Of a DNA stretch of 40,006 nucleotides, positions 18,227 to 30,300 are shown piece after piece; position 1 is the stretch's first letter, and the number at the start of each line of letters is the position of its first letter. The notes under the pieces were generated by a model, which saw only the letters and a list, made by a program, of their open reading frames with translations, had not been told where the DNA came from and did no database searches. The translations under genes and the position numbers were made by a program. The stretch spans positions 1 to 40,006 of the forward strand of contig JAXLNO010000360.1 of assembly GCA_038087875.1 (NCBI GenBank). The letters are read 5' to 3'. Origin of the DNA: Malacoraja senta (Eukaryota).

Positions 18227-21200
18227 CGCTAAAGAGCCAACTATAGATAAACATAATAAAATAACAATATTGGAATTTAATTAAATAAAATATTATCAGC
18301 AAAAGTTATAAAATTATTTCAAATTACAAAACAGGAAAATTTTGAATTTGGTGATAAACCGCATAACCTTTTCGGACGTCAATTGAAAAAAAGGGAAAAA
18401 GATCATACGATCTCAAAGATTAAATCAGATAAAGTTGAATTGTTAACACTGCCTAATGATATTAATAAAAGATTTGCTCAATTGTATCAAAATGTATATA
18501 CATCTAAATCGTGAGCAGACAGTACTAAAGTTATAGAGTTCTTGGATAACTGTAACCTCCCATAACTTAACCTGATCGAGCAAGAGGAATTAGGAGCACA
18601 AATCTCAATTAAGGAAATAGAAGAAACAATAAACTCACTAAAGGATGGAAAAACACCAGGACCAGATGGATTTAGTAATGAATTTTATAAAAGATTTTAT
18701 GAGATAATTTCACCACGTTTACATAAAATGTATACATATGCTTTCAAAGAAGAAACATTACCAGAAACATTAGCGGAATCAACGATTACACTTATACCTA
18801 AAAAAGATAAAGATTTAGAAGACCCTGGTTCATAGCGAGCCATTGCGCTGTTAAATACAGATCAAAAAATACTAGCAAAAACATTAGCTAGAATATTAAG
18901 TAAATATGTTAGTAAATTCATCAATGCGGATCAAACGGGGTTTATACCCAAGAGATAATCATGCAATAATCTGAGACGTCTGTTTAATATAACGCGTTCA
19001 TATCAAACTGAAGGTCAATTATTTCATTGGACGCAGAAAAAGCATTCGATCAAGTGGAATCGCACTACCTTGTTAAAGTATTGCAAAAATTTCAAATGGG
19101 ACATAATTTTATCTCATGGGTAAAACTATTATATGAAAGGCCCACTGCTAGAATATTAACTGATAACATGTTGTCCCCGAAATTTCAATTATCAAGGGGC
19201 AATAGACAGGGATGCTCACTATCACCTCTGCTATTTGTCTTGTAATAGAACCTCTAGCTGAAAGCATTAGAACACATCCGAATATCCATGGTTATAATAC
19301 AAAATACTCAAATAATAAAATATCATTATACGCAGATGATGTACTACTATACATCACAAAATCACAAATCAGTATACCAAATATATTAAATCTAATAGAG
19401 GAATTTGGATCCTTTTCAGGAAATAGAATAAATTGGAATAAAAGTGAAATTATGACGATAAAACCTCAAGACTAAACACACCTGTGAAAATTCCCTTTTA
19501 AAATTGGTACAGAAAAAAAAAATATTTGGGAATTGAAATTTCCAGAAAATATAAATCTTTATTTAATGCAAATTATATGCCCCTACTTAATAAATTAAAC
19601 GCCCTGATTAAATTTTGGAAAACTCTTCCGATGTCTTTAATAGGCCGAATAAATGCTATAAAAATGATCTTTCTACCACAAATTTTATATCTATTCCAAT
19701 CAATATAAATATACTTACCAAAAAAGTTTTAAAAAAAACTGGATTCCGATATCACAAATTTTATATGGGACTATATATCCCGTAGAATTCAAAGACATTT
19801 GTGCAAACCAAGAGAATTTGGTGGATTAACACTCCCTAATTTTTGTATTATAATTTGGCAGCAAATGTCAAAAATGTGATTCACCTGTTGGACAACTCTG
19901 CCCAGCGGCTGGATTGGATAGTAATGGAGAAAGAGGATTGCTCCCCTTTTAATATAGGAGCGATCCTTCTCTCACCAATAAAACTGAATAATACAATATA
20001 CAGTAAAAATCCAATTATTCATAGTACAATTAGAATTTCGAATCAAATAAAATTAACCCTAAAATTTAAGAAACCTATCGCTTCTCTCTCCCATAGTTAA
20101 TAATCGGTCGTTTAAACCATCTATTGTAGATAAATCATTAACACACTGGGAAAGAATAGGAATTAAAACGTTTGGAGACATGTATGAAAATGGAAATCTG
20201 AGAAGTAATCAATATTTTAAATATTTTCAAATCCGTGATTATTTGAAAAAATATACACAATAATATCAAAATTTGTCTCCAGACCTATTAGACGAAGCAA
20301 TGAATATGAAGGCGGAATCAACTAATTTAATATCATACTTGTATAATATCATCCTTAATATCGAAATACCATCATCCGATAGAATTAGAAGAGATTGGGA
20401 ACAAGAACTAGCTATAAAAATCTCGAAAGAGAGTTGGGATAAACACTTGCTATATGTGCACAAATGCTCGATCAATGTAAGACATATTCTAATCTAATTT
20501 AAAACTTGACATAGACTATATTACCCCAAAACTAAAATAAGTAATTTTTTCCAAATGTCTCCCCCATCTGTGATAAATGTCTATCCCAAGAAGCAACTAT
20601 AGCACATTACTTTGTTTTTTGTATAAAAATCCTAAAATTTTGGAATGAAATTTTTATAAAATTATTTAAAACAAAACTGAAACCGAACGCAGAATTGATT
20701 ATTTTTGGAACAATGGAAGCCAGCTTTGAGCTGACTTCGTTCCAAAAGATCTTCCTTAATTACGGCTTAATAATGGCAAAAAAACATACTTAAATTCTGG
20801 AAAAACGCTCCCACACCAACGATAAAAATGTGGATTTCAAATATGTCCGAAATGTTACACCTAGAAGACGTGAGATTCCTCCTAGCAGGCAAATCAGACC
20901 ATTTCCAAAAGATTTGGTCTCCATTTATCGACTTATTACAAGCATAGGCTGCAACATAACTTTGAAAGTAAATGGTTTCAGGACCCGGTGAGGGGTGTGT
21001 AAAGATACGAAGTAGGGACATCCCTTTTATCTTATTTTACTTTCTTATATCTTCTGTTTTCTATTTTTCGCTTTATTTTTCTTTGGTTTTCTTTTTAACT
21101 CTTTCTCGTGTTTTACGTTTCTACGGGTTTCTCCTGATCACTCTTTCACGCACTTACTATCTTATCTAACTCTCTCTATTCTTCTGCTTTTTCAAGTTTA

Positions 21201-21297
21201 AAACAAGAAGCGGTACAGGAAATGTATTATGTTATTTGGGGCTTATATCACTGTAATGTATATTACTTCTAAAAAAAATATTAAAAGATGAAAAAAA
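18227..21297 (+). mobile_element. 5'-truncated L1-clade LINE in the intron of GPCR copy A, antisense to the gene
   Basis: Decayed ORF2 motifs FEFGDKP, GKTPGPDG, LDAEKAFD, RQGCSLSPLLF, LYADDV and a CDKC...H...C knuckle, with an A-rich tail. Flanked by aaattcgaattt / aaaatcgaattt (TSD), and absent at the equivalent site in copy B (~38516-38527). Confidence 0.92.
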
Positions 21298-21923
21298 TCG
21301 AATTTACAGATCGTCCGAAAGAGAATATATCAAAATACATAAGATTAACTGATATAAAATTACGTGACAGCATCTGTTTACATCTGAGTTAACATCTGAG
21401 TTTACATCATAGTAAAGTCGTGACACCTCCATAGAGTCAGATTCCAGCTCGTAACATTCACTTGCTTTATCTCATGAGCTGTAGCATTACAGGTCTAACG
21501 CGGGATTACGCTTCACGCAGCGACGAGTGCAGAAAATATATCGATTATATATTCAGTTAAGCAGGTTTGTCCGATTGGGAACACATGTCATTTCACTAAC
21601 ACGTTTCAGACTCTCCACGGAAGGAACCCAAGTTGCCATTCTCACAGCTCCTGACCAACATACCAGGGTGTGATAATCTAATACCTGCTCGCTGGTCAGG
21701 GGTCTGGTAGGCGCAATCTGTACAGACAGTGATCCAGGCCAGGATAAACAACGGGCATGACGTAAACATTGCGGCAGTTACAGTAGGAAAATGGATGTCT
21801 AACCAAAGTAAACAAGTGAATTATTGAAACACAAACGATGTTTGTTTAACGTCGGCACCGCCGGAGTTTACGGAATGTCTCACAGCTAATGCGCGTACAT
21901 GAAAATCAGACAAACCAAATTAC

Positions 21924-21993
21924 CGGAAACAGCGACAGCCGCTATTGTAGGGTAATATATATTTTCAATTCGATAGATCAATGGATATCCCAT
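21924..21993 (-). CDS. GPCR copy A, coding exon 1 (MGYPLIYRIENIYYPTIAAVAVS + 1 nt)
   Basis: ATG at 21993 and 70 nt ending G|GTAATT. The phase 1 donor matches the exon 2 acceptor, and IYYP..A supplies the missing first half of TM1. Confidence 0.88.
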
Positions 21994-22078
21994 AGCTGGA
22001 AGACACAATTAACTCCTGTGGCTCCGTCAGTCCGTCATCGCTGTAGCTCTGTGGCGATGCCTTCTGGTGGCCACCGAG

Positions 22079-22086
22079 ATATATAG
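22079..22086 (-). promoter_or_regulatory. Candidate TATA box of GPCR copy A
   Basis: Minus strand CTATATAT ~85 nt upstream of the ATG, kept in copy B (39302-39309). Supported by position only. Confidence 0.35.
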
Positions 22087-22252
22087 AGCGATAGGTCTCC
22101 AGCGATATTACCTCATACCTGCTGATTGACATTAGTGACACTCACGGAACAAACACCTTGCGCCACAGCCATTGACTCCACCATGGGAGATGACAAGCGA
22201 ATAATTTAAGGATCGAGAAAAAAACCCACGAAGCGATTCGCTGAAAACAGAG

Positions 22253-22345
22253 TCTAAAGAATGGTCACTATCCGAAACGTCACCTATACACGTTCTCCAA
22301 AAATGTTGCCTGACCCTCTGTTACACCAGCACTTTGTGTATTTTT
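22253..22345 (+). repeat. Degenerate Penelope-associated short repeat (hammerhead-like core)
   Basis: tctaaagaatggtcactatccgaaacgtca...tgcctgacc...ccagcactttgtgt resembles the CTGAAGAAGGGTCTCGACCCGAAACGTCA repeat I recall as abundant in cartilaginous fish. Confidence 0.5.
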
Positions 22346-22539
22346 CACTGAAAACAAGAATTTATGCTTTCCAATGAAAGAATGGTCCATGACACTGTGT
22401 TATTTCATTTAATGTTGGTATGATTTCGATGGACATCTCCAGTGAACCCATCTACCATTCCAGTTTTGTTTTTTACCCCTAAAATAAATCATAATTCATA
22501 CCATGACATCACTGATATTGCAAGAGATGCTGGAATATT

Positions 22540-22979
22540 CATAGAAATAGAAACATGGACAATAGGTGCAGGAGGAGGCCATTCGGCCCTTCGAGCCAGC
22601 ACCGCCATTCATTGTGATCATGGCTGATCGTCCCCAATCAATAACCCGTGCCTGCCTTCTCCCCATACCCCTTGATTCCACTAGCCATTGGAACTCTATC
22701 TAACTCTCTTTTAAATCCATCCAGTGATTTGGACTCCACTGCACTCTGTGGCAGGGAATGCCACAAATTGACAACTCCCTGGGTGAGAAAGATTTTCTCA
22801 CCTCAGTCTTAGGTGTTGAAACCCAGGCAGCATTCTAGTAAATCTCCTCTGTACTCTCTCTATTTTGTTGACATCTTTCCTATAATTTGGCGACCAAAAT
22901 TGTACTCCAAACTCCAGAATTGGCCTCACCAATCCCTTGTACAATTTTAACATTACATCACAACTTCTATGCTCGATGC

Positions 22980-22982
<3 letters not shown>
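22540..22982 (-). mobile_element. CR1 LINE 3' fragment with internal deletion, copy A
   Basis: The minus strand encodes LKLYKGLVRPILEFGVQFWSPNYRKDVNKIERVQRRFTRMLPG joined to ...VVNLWHSLPQSAVE, then a 3' UTR and a TTTCTATG-type tail. Confidence 0.85.
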
Positions 22983-23639
<657 letters not shown>

Positions 23640-24339
23640 TCGATACTTAACTAAAACTCATCTTGTCCTCTTCCGGATTGCGCTGTATTTATATTTGCGC
23701 AAAGACCGTCCCCGATAGCGCTACGACCCCCCCCCCCCCCCGCCTCACACGCCGTTCCCCTGTGCTACAAGCGCACTATGGTTTCTTCCGATCGGTGGAA
23801 TATTACAAAAGTTACGAAGGTTTAAAAATCGTAAGTTCAGCAGATTGGTCTTCTCTCCTGTCATTCGCCTGGACGACCACGCCCCTTCCGGCACCCGCTG
23901 TCAATCACCGGGGCGAGGAGAATAAAGCAACGGAGGCCGGGCTGAGTCCGTGAGCCGCCCTTGAGCCCAGCGGCCGTCCCGAATCCGTCCCGAATCCGTC
24001 CATCCGCCGTCCTGCGCCGCCCCGAAGCCAGTGAGCCCCGAAGACGTCCCGAAGACGTCCCGAAGCCGTCCCCAAAGTCGGTGAGGCCGGAGCCGTCCCG
24101 AAGCCGGTGAGTCCCGCATCCGGTGAGGCGGCCCGGACTGGCGAGCGGTCCGGACCCTGGCCGACTGCTGCAACCTGGAGATCCTGCGGAAGTAAGGAGT
24201 GAGTGTGGGGGGATTGAGGGAGCCGGGCGCTGGCGGGGGCCGGGCGCTGGCCGGGCACCCCACCCCCGCACACACACCCACGCACTCCCCTCCCCTCGCA
24301 AACCCCCCCCCCAAACGTAGGCCACGTCAGCGCCGCCTC

Positions 24340-25500
24340 CCCGGCCCACACCTGAAGCCGTCACCCTCCCTGTCCCCAGCTGCAGGACTAGCCCAAGAAA
24401 AGTCCATTCGGCCCACAATGCATGTACTAGCCCTCCGGAAACCAGTCCCTTCGACCCACAACACCTATACAAGCCCTTCAGAACCCCCCCACTCTGGCCC
24501 CCACCTGAAGCCATTCCCTCCCCCGGCTGCAGGACGCCCCCCCACCCACTGTCAACCGTTAGCCCCTGCCCGAAGCCGTTCCCCTCCCCGGGTATATGGC
24601 GCTGCCCCCCTCTCAACTGCCAGCCCCCGCCTGAAGCCGTTCCCCAACCACGGCTGTAGGACGATCCACCCCGCCCCCGACAGCCCCCTCCTAAAGACGT
24701 TCCCCATCCCCTGCTGCCGGGGCCGCATCCCGCCCCCTCCCCCGGCTGCGGGTCGCTCGCCCCACCACCACCATCGTCCCCGACAACCTCCGCTTGAAGC
24801 TGCTCCACTCCCCGGCTGTAGGAAGATCACACTGGCTCCCAAAGGCTCCCACCTGAAGCTGTCCCCCTCCCCAAGCTGCAGGATGCTCGCCTCCCCCTCC
24901 CCACTGGCCCCGACAACCCCGCCTGAAGCTGTCCCTGTCCCCCTGCTTCAAGACACCCCCGCCAACCGGTCGCGACAAACCCCGCCTGAAGCCGTCCCCG
25001 TCCCCCTGCTGCAAGACCACCCCCCAACGGCCGACAGCCCCCGCCTGAAGCCGTCCCCCCTCCCGGCTGCCGGGTCCCCCTACACCCAACTGCCCCCAGA
25101 CAGCCGCCTGAAGCCGTGACCCTCCCCCAGCTGTTGGACGCTCCCCGCCGTCAGCCCCCTCCTGATGCCGTCCCAATCCCCCGGCTGAAGGATGTCCCTC
25201 CCGCAGGTCGCTCGCACCCCTCCCCCCAACCGGTCCCCGACAGCCCCCGACTGAAGCCAACCTCGTCCCCGGTTACCCCCAACCGGTCCCCGACAGCCCC
25301 CGACTGAAGCCAACCTCGTCCCCGGTTACAGGACGCTCCTGCAGGCCCCCACCTGAAGCTGTCCCCTTCCTCCAGGTACAGGCCGCTCCCGACAGCCCCC
25401 GCCTGGCACCGTCGGTGTCCCCAGCTGTAGGACACTTCTCCACTCCACCCCCACCGGCTCCCGCCTGAAGCCGTCGGTGTCCCCAGCTGCAGGATGCACC
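24340..25500. repeat. GC-rich imperfect minisatellite, core CCCC(A/G)CCTGAAGC(C/T)GTCCC
   Basis: The core recurs many times at ~50-70 nt spacing and includes a 53-nt tandem duplication at ~25223-25329. Confidence 0.8.
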
Positions 25501-25664
25501 CTACAGGCCCCCTCCTGTAGCCGGTGGGGAGCGGTAGCGGCAGGCCACGGTAGCTGTAGGCCAAGGCAGCGGCAGGCAGCGGCAGGCCACGGCAGCGGTA
25601 GCGGTTGGCCACGGCCGCGGTGGGTCCCGGCAGCGCTACCTAGTTTCAATTGCAGCCGAATATG

Positions 25665-25668
<4 letters not shown>

Positions 25669-25744
<76 letters not shown>
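25669..25744. repeat. (GA)n microsatellite
   Basis: Directly visible. Confidence 0.97.
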
Positions 25745-25748
<4 letters not shown>

Positions 25749-27230
25749 CGACTATTCTCATTTTTGTTGAAAGTTGGAGAAGACGAGATTTGAAAGAATG
25801 AAAACGATCAAATTGTAACGCCAGAAGACATGGTTCTATCAGCAAAAACATTGTATTGATGTCATCTATCCCGCATTTGACAATCCTGTAGAATTATTCT
25901 TCGACAATTGTATCTTGCTTCCGCACAACGATACGATGAGAAGCATCAATTCTCCCTGTATCAGATGATTCCTTGGATTTATTAAGGAGTACTTTTCTAT
26001 CAATGATGTCACTTGGCAGCCTTGGAAGCCTTACCCCACTACTCAAACCTCACGTCAAAAACCTTGGCGTGATATTTGACTCAGCACTGAAATTTTACAA
26101 ACAAGTCAATGCCGTGGTAAAAGGCAGCTTCTTTCAGCTTCGGACGATAGCTAAAATATAAAATTCCCACACTTTGATGACCTCGAAAAGATCATCCACA
26201 CATTTATCTCCTCCCGCCTAGATTACTGCAACTCCCTTTACACTGGCATCAGCAAATCTTCCCTGTTCCGCCTGCAACTGGTCCAAAACGCCGCAGCCGG
26301 ACTCCTGACGGGCACCCGAAAAAGGGACCACATCACCCCGATCCTGGCCTCTCTCCACTGGCTCCCTGTGCGGTTCCGTATAAACTTCAAAATCCTCCTC
26401 TATGTCTACAAAGCCCTCAATGGGCTTGCCCCCACCTACATTAAAAGTCTTCTCACCCACCACTCCACCTCCAGGTCCCTCAGATCGGCCGACTTGGGGT
26501 TGCTGAATATCCCACGGTCTAGGCATAAGCTCAGGGGCGACCGCGCCTTTGCGGTTGCAGCTCCTAGACTGTGGAACAGCATCCCCCTTCCCATCAGAAC
26601 TACCCCCTCCATCGACTCCTTTAAGTCAAGACTAAAAACGAATCTATACTCCCAAGCCTTTCTTGACGTGCTCTGAGCGAGGGCTATATGTATATATGTA
26701 TGTAGTTTGTTTGTTTATATTATTCTTATAACAAATGTAAAGTACTTTGGCCAACGAGAGTTGTTTTTTAAATGTGCTATATAAATAAATGTGACTTGAC
26801 TTGACTTGACTTGACTTGACTTGACTGAGGGAACGAATGCTTCGCAACAACTTTCCTTGATTCACTCGACATCTATGCTTTATCACCCCAAATTGGAATT
26901 GAATAAAGGATCTCCGATCACGTTAATGAGAAACCTGGAACCCCAAAGCTATGCAATGGAATGAGGATGATTGTGGAAGAGCTACACAATTACCTGATCG
27001 TTGCAAGAATCAACATGGGGGCCTTCAAAGATGACCTTGTTCTCATTCCTAGGATAACGCTCAATTTGACAGAAGGCGAAGACATTCCCGCTGCAGTCAA
27101 GTTTTGCTATGACGATCCATAGAGCACAAGGCCAAACCATGGAGAAAGTGTAGATATCCCTTGATAAATCGGTACTTCAGCTTGGACAACTTTATGTGGC
27201 TCTTATCCAAGGATGGGTGAATGAAAATGT
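25745..27230 (+). pseudogene. Helitron RepHel PIF1-family helicase C-terminal relic, split by an L2 insertion
   Basis: Hand translation across frameshifts gives IDVIYPAFD..ILLPHNDTMRSIN..EYFSINDVT | EGT..KLELNKGSPITLMRNLEP.KLCNGMRMIV..LVLIPRITL..SFAMTIHRAQGQT..LGQLYVAL. Confidence 0.85.
26013..26825 (+). mobile_element. 5'-truncated L2-clade LINE inserted in the helicase relic
   Basis: Motifs VKNLGVIFDS, SRLDYCNSL, LQLVQNAAA, HITPILASLHWLPV and GDRAFAVAAPRLWNS, then AATAAA and a (TTGAC)n tail. The flanks rejoin as gat gtc act gag gga. Confidence 0.92.
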
Positions 27231-27516
27231 GAATGATGGAACATCGAGCAAGAGTGTTGTCAAACGTGTCCTTGGTTGAACGATGACTTCTGAGGTAAAT
27301 TCTCAGATTTCTACGTAAAAGTATAACCACTTATTAATGGCTCTATATTAAAATTTTGTGTCTTTATTTCCATCAACAGCAAAGCAATATCGAGCGACAG
27401 GGAGCAGCAGAAGCCACCAAGAGATACAACAAGAAAGACCTGAACTGAATAAATCTCATCTTTAACATTTAAATAGTTGTTATAATTTTAAGAGTTATTC
27501 ACGTTTTAAGCTTTGA

Positions 27517-27715
27517 CTTGAGCAAGTGGGACCCGTTGGGTCCTGTCCTCTCAACACCCGGTTGCGGCAGGGGGCGGCCTGCTGCGCCACACACACACTA
27601 ACCAACCCCCCCACACACTCACTCACTAACCCCCCCCCACACAAACATACACACACATTAACCACCCCCCTTGATATTATATTAATATTATTCATTCGCT
27701 CCTTTTACCCCATCC
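27517..27715 (-). mobile_element. Non-autonomous Helitron 3' end (terminal CTAG mutated to CAAG)
   Basis: Hairpin GGACCC-AAC-GGGTCC sits ~12 nt from the end. Paralogous to 29530-29655, which retains CTAG|T. Confidence 0.6.
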
Positions 27716-27716
27716 C

Positions 27717-27792
27717 CGTATGTGTATGTGACATCTCGTATGTGTATGTGACGAATAAACTTGACTTGACTTGACTTGACTTGACTTGACTT
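27717..27792 (+). mobile_element. Very short LINE/SINE 3' end with (CTTGA)n tail
   Basis: Duplicated cgtatgtgtatgtgac, then AATAAA and a run of CTTGA units. Confidence 0.6.
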
Positions 27793-28285
27793 GGTCCTCG
27801 ATTCACGTACTCTGACCAATCTATAGGGAGGTTGCACGGCAGTCGGGGTCACGACCCGTGACCTGTACTGTTGCCACGCAAACCAACTGAAGTACATGCG
27901 GTGAACGTCGGGTAAGCACATACCACTGCTTCCAGTGCAACGGGCCCGTTTTCTGTCCCACCATTCGGACGCTACGCTGACTGGTTCCACACTCACGTAC
28001 CCCGGGCCGTCTATCCCCGCGGCTGGGGGTCGAGGGGTGTTCGGGGGGGCGTCGGTGTCCGGTGCCGGTGCAGCGCGGTCAGTGACTCTGGGTGGGCGGA
28101 GGGACCAGACTGTCCCCAACTCTGCTGCAGCTGACGGGGACGTTGCCGGGTTTTCGTCCCCGTGTGTCCGCTGCCCAGAGACGCGTCCCTGCTCCACCCG
28201 GCCTCGTGTGTGTGTGGGCGCTGCCGACCCACAGCCCGCGACAGTGCGGCCGCACAGGGGGAGACGGGGCGGAGGGCAGTCGTGG

Positions 28286-28811
<526 letters not shown>

Positions 28812-29529
28812 TCTACTTAACTAAAACTCATCTTGTCCTGTTCGGGATTGCGCTGTATTTACATTTGCGCAAAGACGGTCCCCGATAACGCTACGACCCC
28901 CCCCCCCCCCGCCTTACTCGCCGTTCCCCTGTGCTACAAGCGCACTGTTTCTTCCGATCGGGGGAATATTACAAAAGTTACGAAGGTATAAAAATCGTAA
29001 GATCAGCAGGTTGGTCTTCTCTCCTGTCAGTCGCCTGGACGACCACGCCCCTTCCGGCACCCGCTGTCAATCACCGGGGCGAGGAGAATAAAGCAACGGA
29101 GGCCGGGCTGAGTCCGTGAGCCGCCCTGAGCCCCGCGGCCGTCCCGAATCCGTCCCGAATCCGACACGCCGCGAAGCTATGCCGTCCCGAAGTCGCCCCG
29201 AAGCCAGTGAGCGCCGAAGACGTCCCGAAGCCGGTGAGGCCGGAGCCGTCCCGAAGCCGGTGAGCCTAGCAGCCGCCCCGAGTCGGGGAACCCCGGAGGC
29301 GGCCCGGAGTGGGGAGCGGTCCGGAGACTGGCCGACTGCTGCAACCACGAGATGCTGCGGGAGTAAGGAGTGAGTGTGGGGGGGATTGAGGGAGCCGGGC
29401 GCTGGCCGGGGCACAGCACCACCGCACACACCCACTCACTCCCCACCCCCGGCCCCCACCTGAAGCCTTCACCTTCTCCGTCCCCAGCTGCAGGACTAGC
29501 ATAAGAGTTATTCACATTTTAAGCCTTCA
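28812..29529 (+). mobile_element. Internally deleted paralogue of the 23640-27516 Helitron
   Basis: 28812-29500 aligns to 23640-24392. It then jumps to taagagttattcac, which in the long copy lies at ~27489. Confidence 0.7.
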
Positions 29530-29655
29530 CTAGAGCAAGTGGGACCCGTTGGGTCCTGTCCTCTCAACGCCTTGTTGCGACAGGGGCGGCCTGCTGCGTC
29601 ACACACACACTAACCACCCACACACACACTCATACACTAACCCCCCCACTCATAT
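29530..29655 (-). mobile_element. Non-autonomous Helitron 3' end, interrupted by the LTR element
   Basis: Minus strand GGACCCAACGGGTCCC-ACTTGCT-CTAG|T is the canonical subterminal hairpin plus CTRR end before a T. Confidence 0.75.
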
Positions 29656-30234
29656 TGTTACGACTCCCGAATGCAGGTACTTCAGCGCCGCAACATAACT
29701 CAAAACCAGGTTCAAGTTCAAAAATAGTTTTAATTAGTCAATAACACAAAACCCAAACCTGATTCAAACAACCCAGACAATGATATGAATGGACTAACAA
29801 ACAATTTAAAGGTGCTCCAGCCAGCCACGCGATGGACCGTTGAACCAGATACTCTAAACCTGCCTAATAAAATATCACCATGAAACAAAATACATGAAAA
29901 CCTCTAAGGACAGCCCTTGTCCGTCGCAATTCAATAGTTGTTGGTAAGTAATGGTGAAAATACACAAAGTTCCATGCCATGTGGCCAGGCCTTCCGCAGC
30001 TTACACCAACAGTCAGCTCCCAAGGCAGGGTCGTCGAAGAAGAGAAGGAATTCTGGGAACTCTGGTATTTATCCTTCAGATGAGTCACCCGTCACCTGAC
30101 GCAGCTTGGCCAGTCAGATACAGGAGCCTTTTAACCCTTTGATGCCAGACTCACAGCCACGAGGCATGCACTCGGGAAAGAAACAGAGAAAGGTTAATAC
30201 ATAGCATTCACCAGGGGGGGGGGAAGCGCCAGCA
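29656..30234 (-). repeat. 3' LTR, copy B (~579 nt)
   Basis: Ends CGTAACA on the minus strand and starts after the PPT at 30235-30248. Homologous to 9848-10402. Confidence 0.85.
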
Positions 30235-30300
30235 CCCCCACCCAAAGATACTGAATAAGTTTCGGAAGAAGAGAGAAAAAACACCACCAAATCCCAGAAA

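Larger units (their letters stand above)
9848..22780. repeat. Segmental/tandem duplication, copy A (paralogous to 29673-40006)
   Basis: Colinear near-identity of LTR, pol, gag, MITE, L2, GPCR exons, intron, upstream region and CR1. The offset is 19825 at the left end and 17223 at GPCR exon 1, and copy-specific insertions account for the difference. Confidence 0.95.
23640..27516 (+). mobile_element. Decayed Helitron (putative 5' end, GC-rich internal repeats, helicase relic)
   Basis: Begins T..TACTTAACTAAAACTC after the TATC array, as at 28812, and contains a PIF1 helicase remnant in the same orientation. Boundaries are inferred and no 3' CTAG was found for this element. Confidence 0.6.

Noticed and set aside
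21370..21408. Three ~12-nt ACATCTGAGTT repeats in the intron as a regulatory element
   Set aside because: A short local tandem duplication. Its presence in both copies only reflects the recent segmental duplication.
24340..25500. Repeat-spacer pattern resembling a CRISPR array
   Set aside because: The repeats are degenerate, the spacers resemble each other, there are no cas genes and the context is vertebrate.
23861..25671. Many overlapping Pro/Gly/Arg-rich ORFs up to 315 aa
   Set aside because: These are expected in a very GC-rich minisatellite. No domain is recognisable and frames are open on both strands.
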